In this document: in pieces, positions 8,354-18,440 of the stretch
How positions within the stretch are numbered: the stretch's first letter is position 1
Layout of the letters: each line of letters begins with the position of its first letter
Position numbers and translations under genes: made by a program
The notes under the pieces: generated by a model
Databases searched by the model: none
Told to the model about the DNA's origin: nothing
What the model saw: the letters and a program-made list of their open reading frames with translations, nothing else
Source of the DNA: a candidate division WWE3 bacterium RAAC2_WWE3_1
GTDB taxonomy: Bacteria > Patescibacteriota > WWE3 > UBA101185 > UBA10185
Direction: 5' to 3'
DNA length: 43,789 nt
NCBI GenBank assembly: GCA_000503835.1
Contig: CP006914.1
Span: 1 to 43,789, forward strand

Positions 8354-9739
8354 ATGTTTAAAAATATATACGTACGGTTAGGTTTAATATCTGCCCTCAC
8401 TACCCTTGCATTGCTTATTGTCCTTCCCAGAACCCCGATAAAAATGAATAATAGTTTTATCGGTTTGGACGCGACCATCGGCGGATACAACCTCGAGCTT
8501 TTCGGCGGAAAATTTAAAAAAGACCTCAGAGATTTCAAGAAAGGCTTGGATTTAAAAGGCGGAATCAGAATTGTTCTGGAAGCCGACGTTTCAAAAATTG
8601 ACGCCGCAGAAAGAGACAACGCTTTGGAGTCGGCGAAAGATGTAATTTCAAAAAGAGTAGACCTGTTGGGTGTTACCGAGCCTTATGTTGCAACAACAAA
8701 AAGCGGCGATCAGCACAGAATTCTTGTAGAAATCCCCGGGTTGGACAACGTTACTGAAGCCGTAAACCTTATCGGACAGACAGCTCAGCTCACTTTTAAA
8801 CAATTAAAACCCGAGAACGAATGGAGCGAGGACAAGATGTTTGAGTATTACACTACTCCGGATTCCTGGGAAAATACGGGCATTACAGGAGCGGATCTAA
8901 AAGGTGCGGACGTAGTCGTTGCAGATCAGGCAGACATTCAAAATCAGGGCAAACCACAGATTAAACTAAGATTTTCAAACGAAGGGCGCGAAAAATTTTC
9001 GGAACTCGCAAAGAAAAATGTAAATAAACCTATCGCGTTATATTTGGATGAAACCGGCGTGCCTCTCTCTATGCCGGTTGTAAGTGCAGATCTTGCTCAG
9101 GGTTTAACTGATGACCCGGTAATAAGCGGAGACTTTACTTTCGAAACAGCTAAAAGTCTGAGCATCCAGATTAGAGCAGGAGCTCTACCGGTTCCCGTAA
9201 AAGTTTTGGAGCAGGAAACTATCGGTGCAACTTTGGGTGCCGAGTCAGTTCAGAAAAGCTTTTTTGCCGCCGGTGTAGGTTTATTGCTCGTCGTCCTTTT
9301 CCTTATATTCAGATACGGAAGATTAGGAATACTCGCGGGAATCGCCCTTTTTATATATTCAGTACTTACCCTCGCAATATTTAAACTGTTCCCCGTCGTT
9401 CTAACTCTCCCCGGCATTGCGGGATTTATCCTCTCAATAGGAATGGCAACCGACGCGAACGTACTTGTCTTTGAAAGAGTAAAGGAAGAAATATTCTGGG
9501 GAAAACCGAAAAACCTTGCGATACACTTAGGATTTGACCGTGCATGGAATTCTATTAAGGACTCCAACGTCTCATCCCTCATCACTTCCTTTATATTGTT
9601 CCAGTTTGGGTCCGGCCCGGTTAAGGGTTTTGCACTTACCTTGGCTATAGGAATTGTAGTCTCGTTGTTTAGCTCAATTTTTGTCGTGAGAACTTTCATA
9701 GAGTTTGCCAATGTTCGCGGAGGAAAGAAAAATGCGTAA
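8354..9739 (+). CDS. secD: Protein translocase subunit SecD
   Basis: GLDLKGGIRIVLEA, periplasmic domain, and a C-terminal 6-TM block with ATDANVLVFERVKEE. Confidence 0.93.
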   Translation: MFKNIYVRLGLISALTTLALLIVLPRTPIKMNNSFIGLDATIGGYNLELFGGKFKKDLRDFKKGLDLKGGIRIVLEADVSKIDAAERDNALESAKDVISKRVDLLGVTEPYVATTKSGDQHRILVEIPGLDNVTEAVNLIGQTAQLTFKQLKPENEWSEDKMFEYYTTPDSWENTGITGADLKGADVVVADQADIQNQGKPQIKLRFSNEGREKFSELAKKNVNKPIALYLDETGVPLSMPVVSADLAQGLTDDPVISGDFTFETAKSLSIQIRAGALPVPVKVLEQETIGATLGAESVQKSFFAAGVGLLLVVLFLIFRYGRLGILAGIALFIYSVLTLAIFKLFPVVLTLPGIAGFILSIGMATDANVLVFERVKEEIFWGKPKNLAIHLGFDRAWNSIKDSNVSSLITSFILFQFGSGPVKGFALTLAIGIVVSLFSSIFVVRTFIEFANVRGGKKNA

Positions 9740-10631
9740 TTTAATGAAATATAAAATCTGGTATCTGGTTTTTTCTGCGGTCGTAATTCTTCCCGGCATC
9801 GTTGCCCTGTTAGTTTGGGGATTGAATATGTCGGTAGATTTTACAGGAGGGTCGGTTTTCAGATACGAATTTGAATCGGGCATTAATCCCGAAGATCTTA
9901 GAAAAGTTTATTTAGAAAAAAGTATAGAAGTAGAAGCCGTCGTTCCTGAAAGCGGAAATAAATACAGTGTGCGCACAAAACCGGTAGAACCTCAGAGAAA
10001 TAATGAAATCAAAGAGGGGGTTTCTGCGGTTTTTCCTAATTCTAAACAACTTTCGTTCGAAACTGTGGGTCCTTCAATAGGCGCAGAAACTACAAGAAGC
10101 GCATTTGTTGCATTAAGTTGGGCGGTTGTAGGTATCATGGTTTACATAGCTTTTGCTTTTAGAAACGTTCCGAAACCTTACTCAAGCTTCCGCTTCGGAG
10201 TAAGTGCTGTTGTCGCCATGCTCCACGACGCACTTGTATTGGTCGGACTTTTCGCAATACTTGGACATTTCAAAAATGTTGAGGTCGACGGTCTTTTTAT
10301 TACGGCCGTTCTAACGGTATTAGGATTTTCAGTTCACGACACTATCGTTGTTTTCGACAGGATAAGAGAGAATCTGGGCAAACTTCCTAAGGTTATGGAT
10401 ATTGAGGATGTTACAAATTACTCTGTTGCCGAGACTTTGAGCAGGTCCGTGGCGACATCTCTCACCGTTATTTTTACTCTTTCGGCACTTTATGTTTTAG
10501 GCGGGGACACCATAAAAATGTTTGTGCTGGCAATGCTGGTGGGTATTATTTCGGGAACATATTCTTCAATATTTAATGCCGCGCCGGTACTCGTTCTCTG
10601 GGAAAAATACGCCGCCAAGAAAAATAAATGA
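9732..10631 (+). CDS. secF: Protein translocase subunit SecF
   Basis: VDFTGGSVFRYEF and VHDTIVVFDRIREN motifs. GGAGGA lies upstream of ATG 9732, which overlaps the secD stop. The ORF track start 9705 is likely too long. Confidence 0.92.
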   Translation: MRNLMKYKIWYLVFSAVVILPGIVALLVWGLNMSVDFTGGSVFRYEFESGINPEDLRKVYLEKSIEVEAVVPESGNKYSVRTKPVEPQRNNEIKEGVSAVFPNSKQLSFETVGPSIGAETTRSAFVALSWAVVGIMVYIAFAFRNVPKPYSSFRFGVSAVVAMLHDALVLVGLFAILGHFKNVEVDGLFITAVLTVLGFSVHDTIVVFDRIRENLGKLPKVMDIEDVTNYSVAETLSRSVATSLTVIFTLSALYVLGGDTIKMFVLAMLVGIISGTYSSIFNAAPVLVLWEKYAAKKNK

Positions 10632-12268
10632 ACTGGAACATACGTTCTGAATACACCGAAGGTGACGATGTAATCGCATCCATATTAAAAATCCGCGGAA
10701 TACCGACGGACGGTACCTTTTTGAATCCTCCTCCTTTATCCGAAGCTTTTAAAGCGCTGCCCCGGGAATTGAAAGATAGTTTGCATAAGGCAGTGGACCT
10801 CGTGGAGCAGTTCATAAAAGACAAAAGAAAAATTCTTATTCACGGGGATTACGATTCCGATGGAATTTGTGCGACCTCAATTTTATTTAACGCACTCTCA
10901 AAAGAGAAAGGTTATGAAAACACATTTCATTTCATTCCCAACAGGTTTGATCACGGTTACGGACTTTCCGAAAGATCCATCCTGGCATTTTTTGAAAAAG
11001 TCGGGTTGTCCTTAAACAGTGACGAAAAGATTTTGGTTATAACCGTAGACTGCGGAATTACTGCGGTCGGTGAAATAAAACTTTTAAAAGAGCACGGGCA
11101 TTCGGTAATAATTACGGACCATCATCAAAAAGGCGAAGTATTGCCCCCTGCCGACGTTTTTGTCTGGTACGACAAAATTGTGGGGGCCTCGCTGTCGTTG
11201 TTGTTGGCAAAGGCGCTGGGGTCAAAGGATCCGCACATGGTTGCTTTGGCATCTTTAGCCACCGTTACTGACTTGCAACCTTTGCTCGGGTTCAACAGGT
11301 CCTTGGTAAAACGCGGGTTGGAAATACTAAACACCGATCCTCCGGTTGGAATTAAAAAACTTTTGCAGGTAGCGGGCAAAAATGTAACTGAAATCACGAC
11401 CTATGAACTCGGATGGATTATTGGCCCGCGTTTAAACTCGTCAGGAAGAATATTAGACGCCTCCAGCTCGTTAAATTTACTCCTGGAAGAAGATGAAAAA
11501 AAAGCTGAAGCACTTGCCGTCGAACTAAACAGCATAAATGTTCAAAGGCAGGACAAGACTGTTGAGATGTATGATCTTGCCGCGGGAATTGATGAAAAAA
11601 ATCTCCCGAAAATAATTCTGTCTTCTCATGCGGATTACCACGAAGGAATTATCGGATTGGTCGCCGCACGCCTTTCACAAAAATATTTCCGTCCGGCGGT
11701 AGTGATAAGTTTATCCGACGGTTATGGAAAAGGTTCTGTGAGATCGGTCCCCGGGGTAGACATAATTTCATTCTTAAGAAACTTTGACGATATGTTCGAA
11801 AGTCTGGGGGGTCATCCGATGGCGGCAGGCTTCACAATAAAAAAAGAACTTATTCCCGAGCTTAAAGAAAAGGCCGAAAAATTGGCAGTTGCTTCCATTC
11901 CCGACGAGCTTTTGGTACCCTCAATGAACGTTGATATAAAAATACCAATCGATGTGGTAGATCTTGAGCTCTTAAACCGTCTTGATACATTAAAACCGTT
12001 CGGGTTGGGTAACGAAGAGCCTGTATTTATGTCGGAAAAGGTTGGGATTACCGATGTGAGCAGAGTCGGCCGCGACGCCCAGCACCTTCTCTTCAAATTT
12101 TATGAATCAGGAAAATATCACAAGGGAATTTTCTTTAATGCTTCGGATAAAGAGGCTGCAAATCTCAAATTTGGAGATAAAGCCGACATTGTTTATACTC
12201 TGAAGAAGAATGAGTACAATGGAAATACTTTCGTGGATTTATTTATTAAGGATATAAGAAAAAATTAA
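10628..12268 (+). CDS. recJ: Single-stranded-DNA-specific exonuclease RecJ (DHH family)
   Basis: HGDYDSDGICA, ITVDCG, ITDHHQ, GGHPMAAG motifs. The ATGA overlaps the secF stop. Confidence 0.92.
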   Translation: MNWNIRSEYTEGDDVIASILKIRGIPTDGTFLNPPPLSEAFKALPRELKDSLHKAVDLVEQFIKDKRKILIHGDYDSDGICATSILFNALSKEKGYENTFHFIPNRFDHGYGLSERSILAFFEKVGLSLNSDEKILVITVDCGITAVGEIKLLKEHGHSVIITDHHQKGEVLPPADVFVWYDKIVGASLSLLLAKALGSKDPHMVALASLATVTDLQPLLGFNRSLVKRGLEILNTDPPVGIKKLLQVAGKNVTEITTYELGWIIGPRLNSSGRILDASSSLNLLLEEDEKKAEALAVELNSINVQRQDKTVEMYDLAAGIDEKNLPKIILSSHADYHEGIIGLVAARLSQKYFRPAVVISLSDGYGKGSVRSVPGVDIISFLRNFDDMFESLGGHPMAAGFTIKKELIPELKEKAEKLAVASIPDELLVPSMNVDIKIPIDVVDLELLNRLDTLKPFGLGNEEPVFMSEKVGITDVSRVGRDAQHLLFKFYESGKYHKGIFFNASDKEAANLKFGDKADIVYTLKKNEYNGNTFVDLFIKDIRKN

Positions 12269-12269
12269 T

Positions 12270-13562
12270 ATGGACAGAACACTTATAAAAGATTTAAAAA
12301 ATAGTATAGGCAGTCAGGTTAAAATTTGCGGTTTTATTCACGCCATCAGAGACCAGGGCGGAATAAAATTTTTACAGTTAAGGGACGGTTCAGGAATTGT
12401 GCAGATTGTTATCTTAAAGTCTGAAAAAGAAGTGTTTGATGCCGTTAAAGACCTGTCTTTGGAATCTGTTTTGGAAATTCACGGTTTGGCAAAAGAAGAA
12501 AAACAAGCACCCGGAGGATTTGAAGTTCAGGCAATGGAGATGATAGTTTTATCGGCCGCCGAGCCTGAGCTACCCATTCCGGTTGTTGAAGAGAAGGGTG
12601 GGGAAGAAACAGAAATGACTAAACGTCTTGACTGGAGATGGCTCGATCTTAGAAAACCGTCCAAATCGAATATTTTTCCTGTGTGGACAGCACTTGAAGA
12701 TGGTTTCCGCGAATATTTTTTGAAAAACGGTTTTACCCAGATTTATTCTCCATCTTTGATGAACACGGCGAGTGAAACAGGCTCAGACGTATTCGAAGTA
12801 AAATACTTCGAAAGAAAAGCTTATCTTGCGCAGTCGCCTCAGTTCTATAAACAAATGGCGATGTCAGCGGGAATAGAAAGAGTGTTTATGGTGGGTCCTG
12901 TATTCAGAGCCGAGCCTTCGTTTACAACCCGCCACCTTACAGAATTTACAGGATGGGACTTTGAAGCCTCGTATATAAATGACCACTTCGATGTTATGTC
13001 TATGGAAGAAGATATGCTTATTTCCGGTTTCAAGAGTGTTAAAGAAAAGATTGGACTTGATATAGAAGTGCCGTCCAAACCCTTTCCAAAAATTACTTTG
13101 AAAGAAGCCAAAAAGTTGTTAGCAGAAAAAGGCGTGAGGAGTGAAAAAGTACACGATCTGTCCCCTGAAGAAGAAAGAACCCTGTCTGAAATAATAAAGG
13201 AAAAGGAAAATTCGGATTTTGTCTTTGTTACCGACTACCCGATTGAGGCCAGGCCTTTTTATCACATGAGACATGAAAATGAACCCGGATTAACCAAAAG
13301 CTTCGATCTTATATATAAAGGTGTAGAAGTTACTACGGGTGCCCAAAGAGAACACAGATTAGGTGTGCTTGAAAAACAGGCCGTTGAAAAAGGAATGGAT
13401 GTTGCAACTCTCAAGGACTACATGAACTTTTTCAGATATGGGTGCCCTCCTCACGGCGGAGCCGGTATCGGTCCCGCGAGAATAATCATGAGGATGCTCG
13501 AGCTTCCTACAGTAAAAGAAGCCACATTCCTTCCCAGGGATGTAAAAAGATTGACTCCTTAA
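12270..13562 (+). CDS. aspS: Aspartyl-tRNA synthetase, archaeal/eukaryotic-type (class IIb, 430 aa)
   Basis: N-terminal OB fold, FRAEPSFTTRHLTEF (motif 2) and GGAGIGPARIIM (motif 3). Short length, lacking the bacterial insertion domain. Confidence 0.9.
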   Translation: MDRTLIKDLKNSIGSQVKICGFIHAIRDQGGIKFLQLRDGSGIVQIVILKSEKEVFDAVKDLSLESVLEIHGLAKEEKQAPGGFEVQAMEMIVLSAAEPELPIPVVEEKGGEETEMTKRLDWRWLDLRKPSKSNIFPVWTALEDGFREYFLKNGFTQIYSPSLMNTASETGSDVFEVKYFERKAYLAQSPQFYKQMAMSAGIERVFMVGPVFRAEPSFTTRHLTEFTGWDFEASYINDHFDVMSMEEDMLISGFKSVKEKIGLDIEVPSKPFPKITLKEAKKLLAEKGVRSEKVHDLSPEEERTLSEIIKEKENSDFVFVTDYPIEARPFYHMRHENEPGLTKSFDLIYKGVEVTTGAQREHRLGVLEKQAVEKGMDVATLKDYMNFFRYGCPPHGGAGIGPARIIMRMLELPTVKEATFLPRDVKRLTP

Positions 13563-13568
13563 GACAAG

Positions 13569-14573
13569 ATGACCACTTCGATTACGCGCAGATTTTTAGC
13601 CCACGTTATCAGATCTTTGACCTATATTTTGTGGGTGGCTGATTTAGGTACCGGTTTAAGGCCGGTTTTCTATTTTTTAATCGTTATTTATTCAGTTTTA
13701 TTTATCGGTATACGAAACGCCGATCTCGGGGGTGTAATAAACGGCATTATTTTATCGTCCGGATACACACCGCCTGGAGAAATTTCGCTTGAAAGAAGCT
13801 ATCCTTTGAAATCCGGGGTTCAACTGCCGCCCGCCGTATCTGCTATCTCTGCAGGAGTGTTCGATCGCGGATCGGGGAAGATGCTTTTCAGTCGCCTGCC
13901 CGAAGAAAAATTGGCTCCCGCATCTACAACGAAATTGATGACGGCTTTGGTGGCGTTGGAACTTTATTCGCCGGAAGAAAGAGTGGTAGTTCCTTATTTT
14001 TGTACAAACATAGAATCAACTAAGGCATGGCTTCCGGCCGAGGAAGAATTTACCGCCCGGGATTTGATTTATACCATGCTGGTGGGTTCCGCGGGAGATG
14101 CTGCCTGTGCGCTGGCTACATCCAAGGTATCCTACTCGGAATTTGTCGATAAGATGAACCAAAAGGCGTCTGTGCTTGGTATGAAAAATACAAATTTCGT
14201 AAATCCCATAGGACTGGACGGGTTTAAAGGTGTTCATTACTCTACGGTTTCGGATCTTTACCTGTTGGCTCTGGCATCCTTATCAAATGAAACAGTTCAG
14301 GACGCGGTAAAGACAAAAGAGTTTAAAGTAAGGTCCCTCACGTCCGACTTTACCTATCAAGTTACAAATACCAATAGGTTTTTATGGGAGATAGCGGGTA
14401 CTACCGGAATTAAAACCGGTACAACCGTAGGGGCCGGAGAGGTTCTGATCTACAGCTGGCAGGACAGGGACAGGGAATTAGTGCTCGTAGTTATGGGCAG
14501 CCGTGACAGGTTTACCGACACAAGAAACTTATTGAACTGGTCGCTTGATAATTACGCGTGGAAGAACGAGTAG
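13569..14573 (+). CDS. D-alanyl-D-alanine carboxypeptidase (serine-type, PBP5-like)
   Basis: SxxK (ASTTKLMTA), SxN-like (GSAGDAA) and KTG (IKTGTT) motifs. N-terminal TM segment. Confidence 0.85.
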   Translation: MTTSITRRFLAHVIRSLTYILWVADLGTGLRPVFYFLIVIYSVLFIGIRNADLGGVINGIILSSGYTPPGEISLERSYPLKSGVQLPPAVSAISAGVFDRGSGKMLFSRLPEEKLAPASTTKLMTALVALELYSPEERVVVPYFCTNIESTKAWLPAEEEFTARDLIYTMLVGSAGDAACALATSKVSYSEFVDKMNQKASVLGMKNTNFVNPIGLDGFKGVHYSTVSDLYLLALASLSNETVQDAVKTKEFKVRSLTSDFTYQVTNTNRFLWEIAGTTGIKTGTTVGAGEVLIYSWQDRDRELVLVVMGSRDRFTDTRNLLNWSLDNYAWKNE

Positions 14574-14575
14574 GA

Positions 14576-15730
14576 TTATTGTGCGGCTGGCGGAGCGGAT
14601 GCCGAGGCCGGAATTGGTTTAACATACTCTCCGCTCACGGCCGGTAAGTAAACCACCATCTCTCCCCCCTGAGACCCCAGGCTTTTGTATTTTGCTTCAA
14701 ACACATAAATAGGCTGGAGGTAGGTTTGGTCTTTGGTATTTTCGTAATATGCGAGATAGATGTTATCTACCAATATTTCACTGACAATGGGTGTGGTCTG
14801 TTTGTCGAAGATTGAAGTACCTGTAGGCGTAACGCTTGTTATGACTCCCTTTCCGTTTTTCACTGCATCCCAGGCGGTTGATATATCAATTATGGGATAC
14901 GATGCCTGGGTTTTTTCCTCGATCTCTTTATAATATGCGCCGGCTTTTGGATAATTTATAACAAAATCTTTCTCATCTTTGGGCACGGCCACGAAGACGT
15001 TCAAGAGTCCCACCTTCGGGTCCGTTCCGAAGATTATAAAATCACCCTTCTTTCTGTAAAGGTCCACACGTGCAAATACCGTGTCCCTCGCCGCGGTGGT
15101 TTCAAAGAGTCTTGTGCCCCCGATGTAGCCATACGTAACTTTTTGAACACCTTCCTCGTACAAATTATCTATTCGATCCAGTTTAGTAAAAAAGGTAAGA
15201 GCACTACCTTTGGCATACTCTTCGTTTAATCTGCCTTTTTGCATTCTTGCGGAATTTTTGACCATATCGGAGTCCGCGTAAAACCGTTTGCTATTTATAT
15301 CAATCTCAAGAAAACTGTTTGTATCGGTTTTTCTCCAGCGGTAGACGGTACCCTTTAGGTCTGTAATGAGGTCTTCTTCGCCGTATCCCATGGTTCGGGC
15401 GTCCTTTATAGCGGTGTCACCTGCCAGATAAGAAAAAGCCCTGGGTTTGAACTTATACACGTCCATTTTATAAGGGATTTTGCCGGGAAGTCTTCCGTTA
15501 GCTGTGTTCAGTTTGTAAATCTGGTCGCCGGTTACCTCTTTGTTGGTGAATTCAAGAGGATCGAGGTTGCCGTAAATAGGATTAGCGGGTTCTTTGGTGA
15601 CGTAGAAAAGTTTGATTAGGGATCTTACGCCCGGGCCTCCGAAAAACATCCAGCCATAATATAAACCCAAAACCAAAAAAGCGATTTTGGTCCAACGCTT
15701 AAACATGACGGCAGTTTTTGTTAAGTTCAT
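14576..15730 (-). CDS. Hypothetical membrane-anchored exported protein (~384 aa)
   Basis: Long ORF with an N-terminal TM (KIAFLVLGLYYGWMFFGG). I recognise no family. The start is placed at ATG 15730 (MNLTK) because TGtTATAAT lies 9 nt upstream. The ORF track start 15772 would overlap that promoter. Confidence 0.6.
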   Translation of the reverse strand: MNLTKTAVMFKRWTKIAFLVLGLYYGWMFFGGPGVRSLIKLFYVTKEPANPIYGNLDPLEFTNKEVTGDQIYKLNTANGRLPGKIPYKMDVYKFKPRAFSYLAGDTAIKDARTMGYGEEDLITDLKGTVYRWRKTDTNSFLEIDINSKRFYADSDMVKNSARMQKGRLNEEYAKGSALTFFTKLDRIDNLYEEGVQKVTYGYIGGTRLFETTAARDTVFARVDLYRKKGDFIIFGTDPKVGLLNVFVAVPKDEKDFVINYPKAGAYYKEIEEKTQASYPIIDISTAWDAVKNGKGVITSVTPTGTSIFDKQTTPIVSEILVDNIYLAYYENTKDQTYLQPIYVFEAKYKSLGSQGGEMVVYLPAVSGEYVKPIPASASAPPAAQ

Positions 15731-15739
15731 CTCTAATAT

Positions 15740-15748
15740 ATTATAACA
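15740..15748 (-). promoter_or_regulatory. Extended -10 TGtTATAAT (minus strand), 9 nt before ATG 15730
   Basis: The reverse complement of 15731-15750 reads ATTGTTATAATATATTAGAG followed by ATG. Confidence 0.45.
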
Positions 15749-15758
15749 ATATTTTGTG

Positions 15759-15767
15759 TGATAAAAT
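15759..15767 (+). promoter_or_regulatory. Extended -10 TGaTAAAAT, 7 nt before the gltX ATG 15775
   Basis: TG at 15759-15760, TAAAAT at 15762-15767. The gap CCCAATC has no SD. Confidence 0.5.
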
Positions 15768-15774
15768 CCCAATC

Positions 15775-17232
15775 ATGGAAGTAAGAACCAGAATGGCCCC
15801 AAGTCCTACCGGGGAATATCATGTCGGACACATCAGAACTTTAATGTATAACTATGCTTTTGCCCGTCAGAACAAGGGAAAATTCATTTTAAGAATAGAG
15901 GACACCGACCGTGAGAGGTATGTTCCGGGTGCCGTCGAAAGAATTCAGGATGTAATCAAAATGATGGGGTTTGAGTGGGATGAAGGTCCGGGCGCCGGAG
16001 GTCCTTATTCTCCCTACACTCAGTCCGAGAGACTCGACCTGTATAAAAAGCATGCTCTCGAACTGGTAGAAAAAGGTCACGCATACTACTGTTTTTGCAC
16101 CGAAGAGCGTTTAGAAAAACTGCGTGAAGAGCAGAAAGCTTCGGGTACCGCGTTTTCAAAATACGACAGACTTTGTTTAAAACTCACAAGGGAAGAAATT
16201 GAAGAAAAACTCAAAGCAGGTGTCCCGCATGTAATAAGAATGAAAGTGCCCGACAACGAAGATATTTCATTTGACGATCTAATTCTCGGAAAAATTACAA
16301 TAAATACTCAGTCGATAGACGACCAGGTTTTAATAAAGACCGACGGATTCCCCACTTATCATATGGCGGTTGTTGTCGACGACCATCTAATGAAAATCTC
16401 CCATATTATGAGGGGAACAGATTGGGTTCCTTCCACGCCTAAGCACGTTTTGCTCTACAGGTTTTTCGGCTGGGAACTTCCTAAATTTGTGCACCTGCCC
16501 AACCTAAAAGAAGTGGAAGGAACAAGAAAGCTGTCGAAAAGATACGGCTCGGTGTCCGTCATAGAGTTTTTAACTGAAGGATATTTACCCAGAGCCCTGA
16601 ATAACTTTTTAATGTTTTTAGGATGGAATCCCGGTACCGAAAAAGAAGTTTATTCGATGGAAGAATTTATAAAAGATTTTTCAATCGAACACATTCAAAA
16701 AACCGATCTTGTTGCGTTCGACAGGCAAAAATTATTATGGCTCAACGGTTTATATATCAGAAATTTACCGTCTGCCGAATTATGGGATGAACTTAAATCA
16801 TGGGCAAAAAGATTCGATGTATTTTTATATGGAAAGGACACCGAGGAAAAAATTGTTTTTGCGGCTTTAGACCTTGTTAAAGATCGTATGAAGTTATTGA
16901 GTGAGTACAACAGTTTAGTTCATTACTTCTTCGAAACTCCTGAAATTGAAAAGGAAGAATTATTTTCATTTGTTTCGGATGAAACAAGAGGAAAAGAAAT
17001 TCTCGAAGGTTTTAAAAATATATTTTCTGAGGCCGGCGATTGGGAAGTTCAGAAACTTGATACTGTGGCTCACGAATTTATTGCGGTCAAAGAATACAAA
17101 CCTAAAGAAGCATTCATGACCTTAAGAATTGCGTTAACAGGTGAAACGGCTACTCCTCAGATATTGGATATTCTGGGCATTCTCGGCAAGGAAGCCGTAT
17201 TGAAAAGGCTTGATTCTGCCCTAAAAATCTAA
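15775..17232 (+). CDS. gltX: Glutamyl-tRNA synthetase
   Basis: RMAPSPTGEYHVGHIRT (HIGH motif) and KLSKR (KMSKS motif). The ORF track start 15718 would run through the divergent promoter region. Confidence 0.93.
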   Translation: MEVRTRMAPSPTGEYHVGHIRTLMYNYAFARQNKGKFILRIEDTDRERYVPGAVERIQDVIKMMGFEWDEGPGAGGPYSPYTQSERLDLYKKHALELVEKGHAYYCFCTEERLEKLREEQKASGTAFSKYDRLCLKLTREEIEEKLKAGVPHVIRMKVPDNEDISFDDLILGKITINTQSIDDQVLIKTDGFPTYHMAVVVDDHLMKISHIMRGTDWVPSTPKHVLLYRFFGWELPKFVHLPNLKEVEGTRKLSKRYGSVSVIEFLTEGYLPRALNNFLMFLGWNPGTEKEVYSMEEFIKDFSIEHIQKTDLVAFDRQKLLWLNGLYIRNLPSAELWDELKSWAKRFDVFLYGKDTEEKIVFAALDLVKDRMKLLSEYNSLVHYFFETPEIEKEELFSFVSDETRGKEILEGFKNIFSEAGDWEVQKLDTVAHEFIAVKEYKPKEAFMTLRIALTGETATPQILDILGILGKEAVLKRLDSALKI

Positions 17233-17251
17233 TTAACATAGAAAGTTTATC

Positions 17252-17279
17252 TTGAATTAGTAGAGTTCGTTGTTAGAAT
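17252..17279 (+). promoter_or_regulatory. Promoter candidate TTGAAT-16 nt-TAGAAT upstream of recA
   Basis: TTGAAT at 17252-17257 and TAGAAT at 17274-17279. A ~45-nt leader follows, carrying GGAGG. Confidence 0.45.
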
Positions 17280-17328
17280 GAACGCAGAGAGCAGCGAGTA
17301 CCCCGTATACATTTTTTGGAGGTTAATT

Positions 17329-18435
17329 GTGGTAAAAGAAATTAAAGACAGCAAGCAAGTAGAAACAGCGAAGAAAAATGCGGCGACGAGTCAAAAAAAT
17401 ATTGCCCTTCAAACTGCCATAGATCAAATTGAAAAAAATTACGGAAAGGGGTCAATAATGAGGCTCGGTGGAAATAATAGCGAACGCACTATCGCAGTAA
17501 TTCCTACAGGTTCAATTGCTCTTGATATTGCGTTAGGAGTCGGGGGTGTCCCGCGCGGAAGAGTGGTCGAGATATATGGACCCGAATCATCGGGTAAAAC
17601 TACATTAGTCCAACATATAATTGCCGAAGCACAGAGAGCGGGAGGAACCGCAGCTCTGATAGACGCGGAGCATGCGTTTGATCCTACCTACGCTGAAAAA
17701 ACAGGAGTTGACGTGGAGAATCTCCTCGTCTCTCAGCCCGACACAGGAGAGCAGGCTTTGGAAATTGCCGAAACTTTGATCAGATCTAACGCGGTCGATG
17801 TTGTGGCAATAGACTCAGTTGCGGCTTTAGTTCCCAGAGCGGAAATCGAAGGCGATATCGGCGACAGTTTTGTCGCTACTCAGGCGCGTCTTATGAGCCA
17901 GGCTTTAAGGAGACTTACGGGAGCAATAAGCAGGTCAAACTGCACCATAATTTTTACCAACCAGTTACGAATGAAAATAGGTGTTATGTTCGGAAATCCT
18001 GAAATAACGCCCGGAGGAAAAGCACTGAAATATTACGCATCGGTCAGAATAGAGATAAGGAAAATAGAATCTCTAAAAGTCGGACAGGACGTGAACGGTA
18101 TCCGTGTTGTCGCGAAAGTCGTTAAAAATAAAGTAGCGCCTCCTTTCAGAAAAGCGGAGTTCGACATAATGTTTGCCGAAGGTATAAGTAAAGAGGCGAA
18201 TATACTCGATGTCGGTGTCGACCTTAACGTTATCAAAAAATCCGGAGCCTGGTACGAGTACAACGGAGAAAAACTCGGACAGGGCAAGGAAGCATCTAGG
18301 ATTTTTCTTAAAGCCAACACGAAACTCCGGGATGAACTTTCGGATAAAATAAAAGAAACGGTAAAGCAAAGCAAGGAGATTCCTTTAGAATTAGGCGTCG
18401 TTACGGACGAAGCTTTGCCCGAAGAAGCTGAATAA
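17329..18435 (+). CDS. recA: Recombinase RecA
   Basis: [14 protein letters not shown], Walker [10 protein letters not shown], and [17 protein letters not shown] lies 6 nt upstream of the in-frame GTG at 17329 (ORF track start 17278). Confidence 0.95.
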   Translation: MVKEIKDSKQVETAKKNAATSQKNIALQTAIDQIEKNYGKGSIMRLGGNNSERTIAVIPTGSIALDIALGVGGVPRGRVVEIYGPESSGKTTLVQHIIAEAQRAGGTAALIDAEHAFDPTYAEKTGVDVENLLVSQPDTGEQALEIAETLIRSNAVDVVAIDSVAALVPRAEIEGDIGDSFVATQARLMSQALRRLTGAISRSNCTIIFTNQLRMKIGVMFGNPEITPGGKALKYYASVRIEIRKIESLKVGQDVNGIRVVAKVVKNKVAPPFRKAEFDIMFAEGISKEANILDVGVDLNVIKKSGAWYEYNGEKLGQGKEASRIFLKANTKLRDELSDKIKETVKQSKEIPLELGVVTDEALPEEAE

Positions 18436-18440
18436 AAGAA

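Noticed and set aside
15718-15774. Long N-terminal extensions in the ORF track. The same applies to 17278-17328 recA, 23661-23699 nusA, 27606-27659 pnp, 34210-34251 ftsK, 22641-22658 dnaJ-like and 9705-9731 secF.
   Set aside because: The extensions are not part of the conserved protein N-termini. They overlap promoter or terminator elements, and better-supported start codons lie downstream, either with an SD or with the -10 element at leaderless distance.
17262-17290. Possible LexA/SOS box in the recA promoter (GTTC-N11-GAAC)
   Set aside because: Only 4-bp arms in the wrong orientation and spacing for either the CTGT-N8-ACAG or the GAAC-N4-GTTC consensus. No lexA gene is present in the window.
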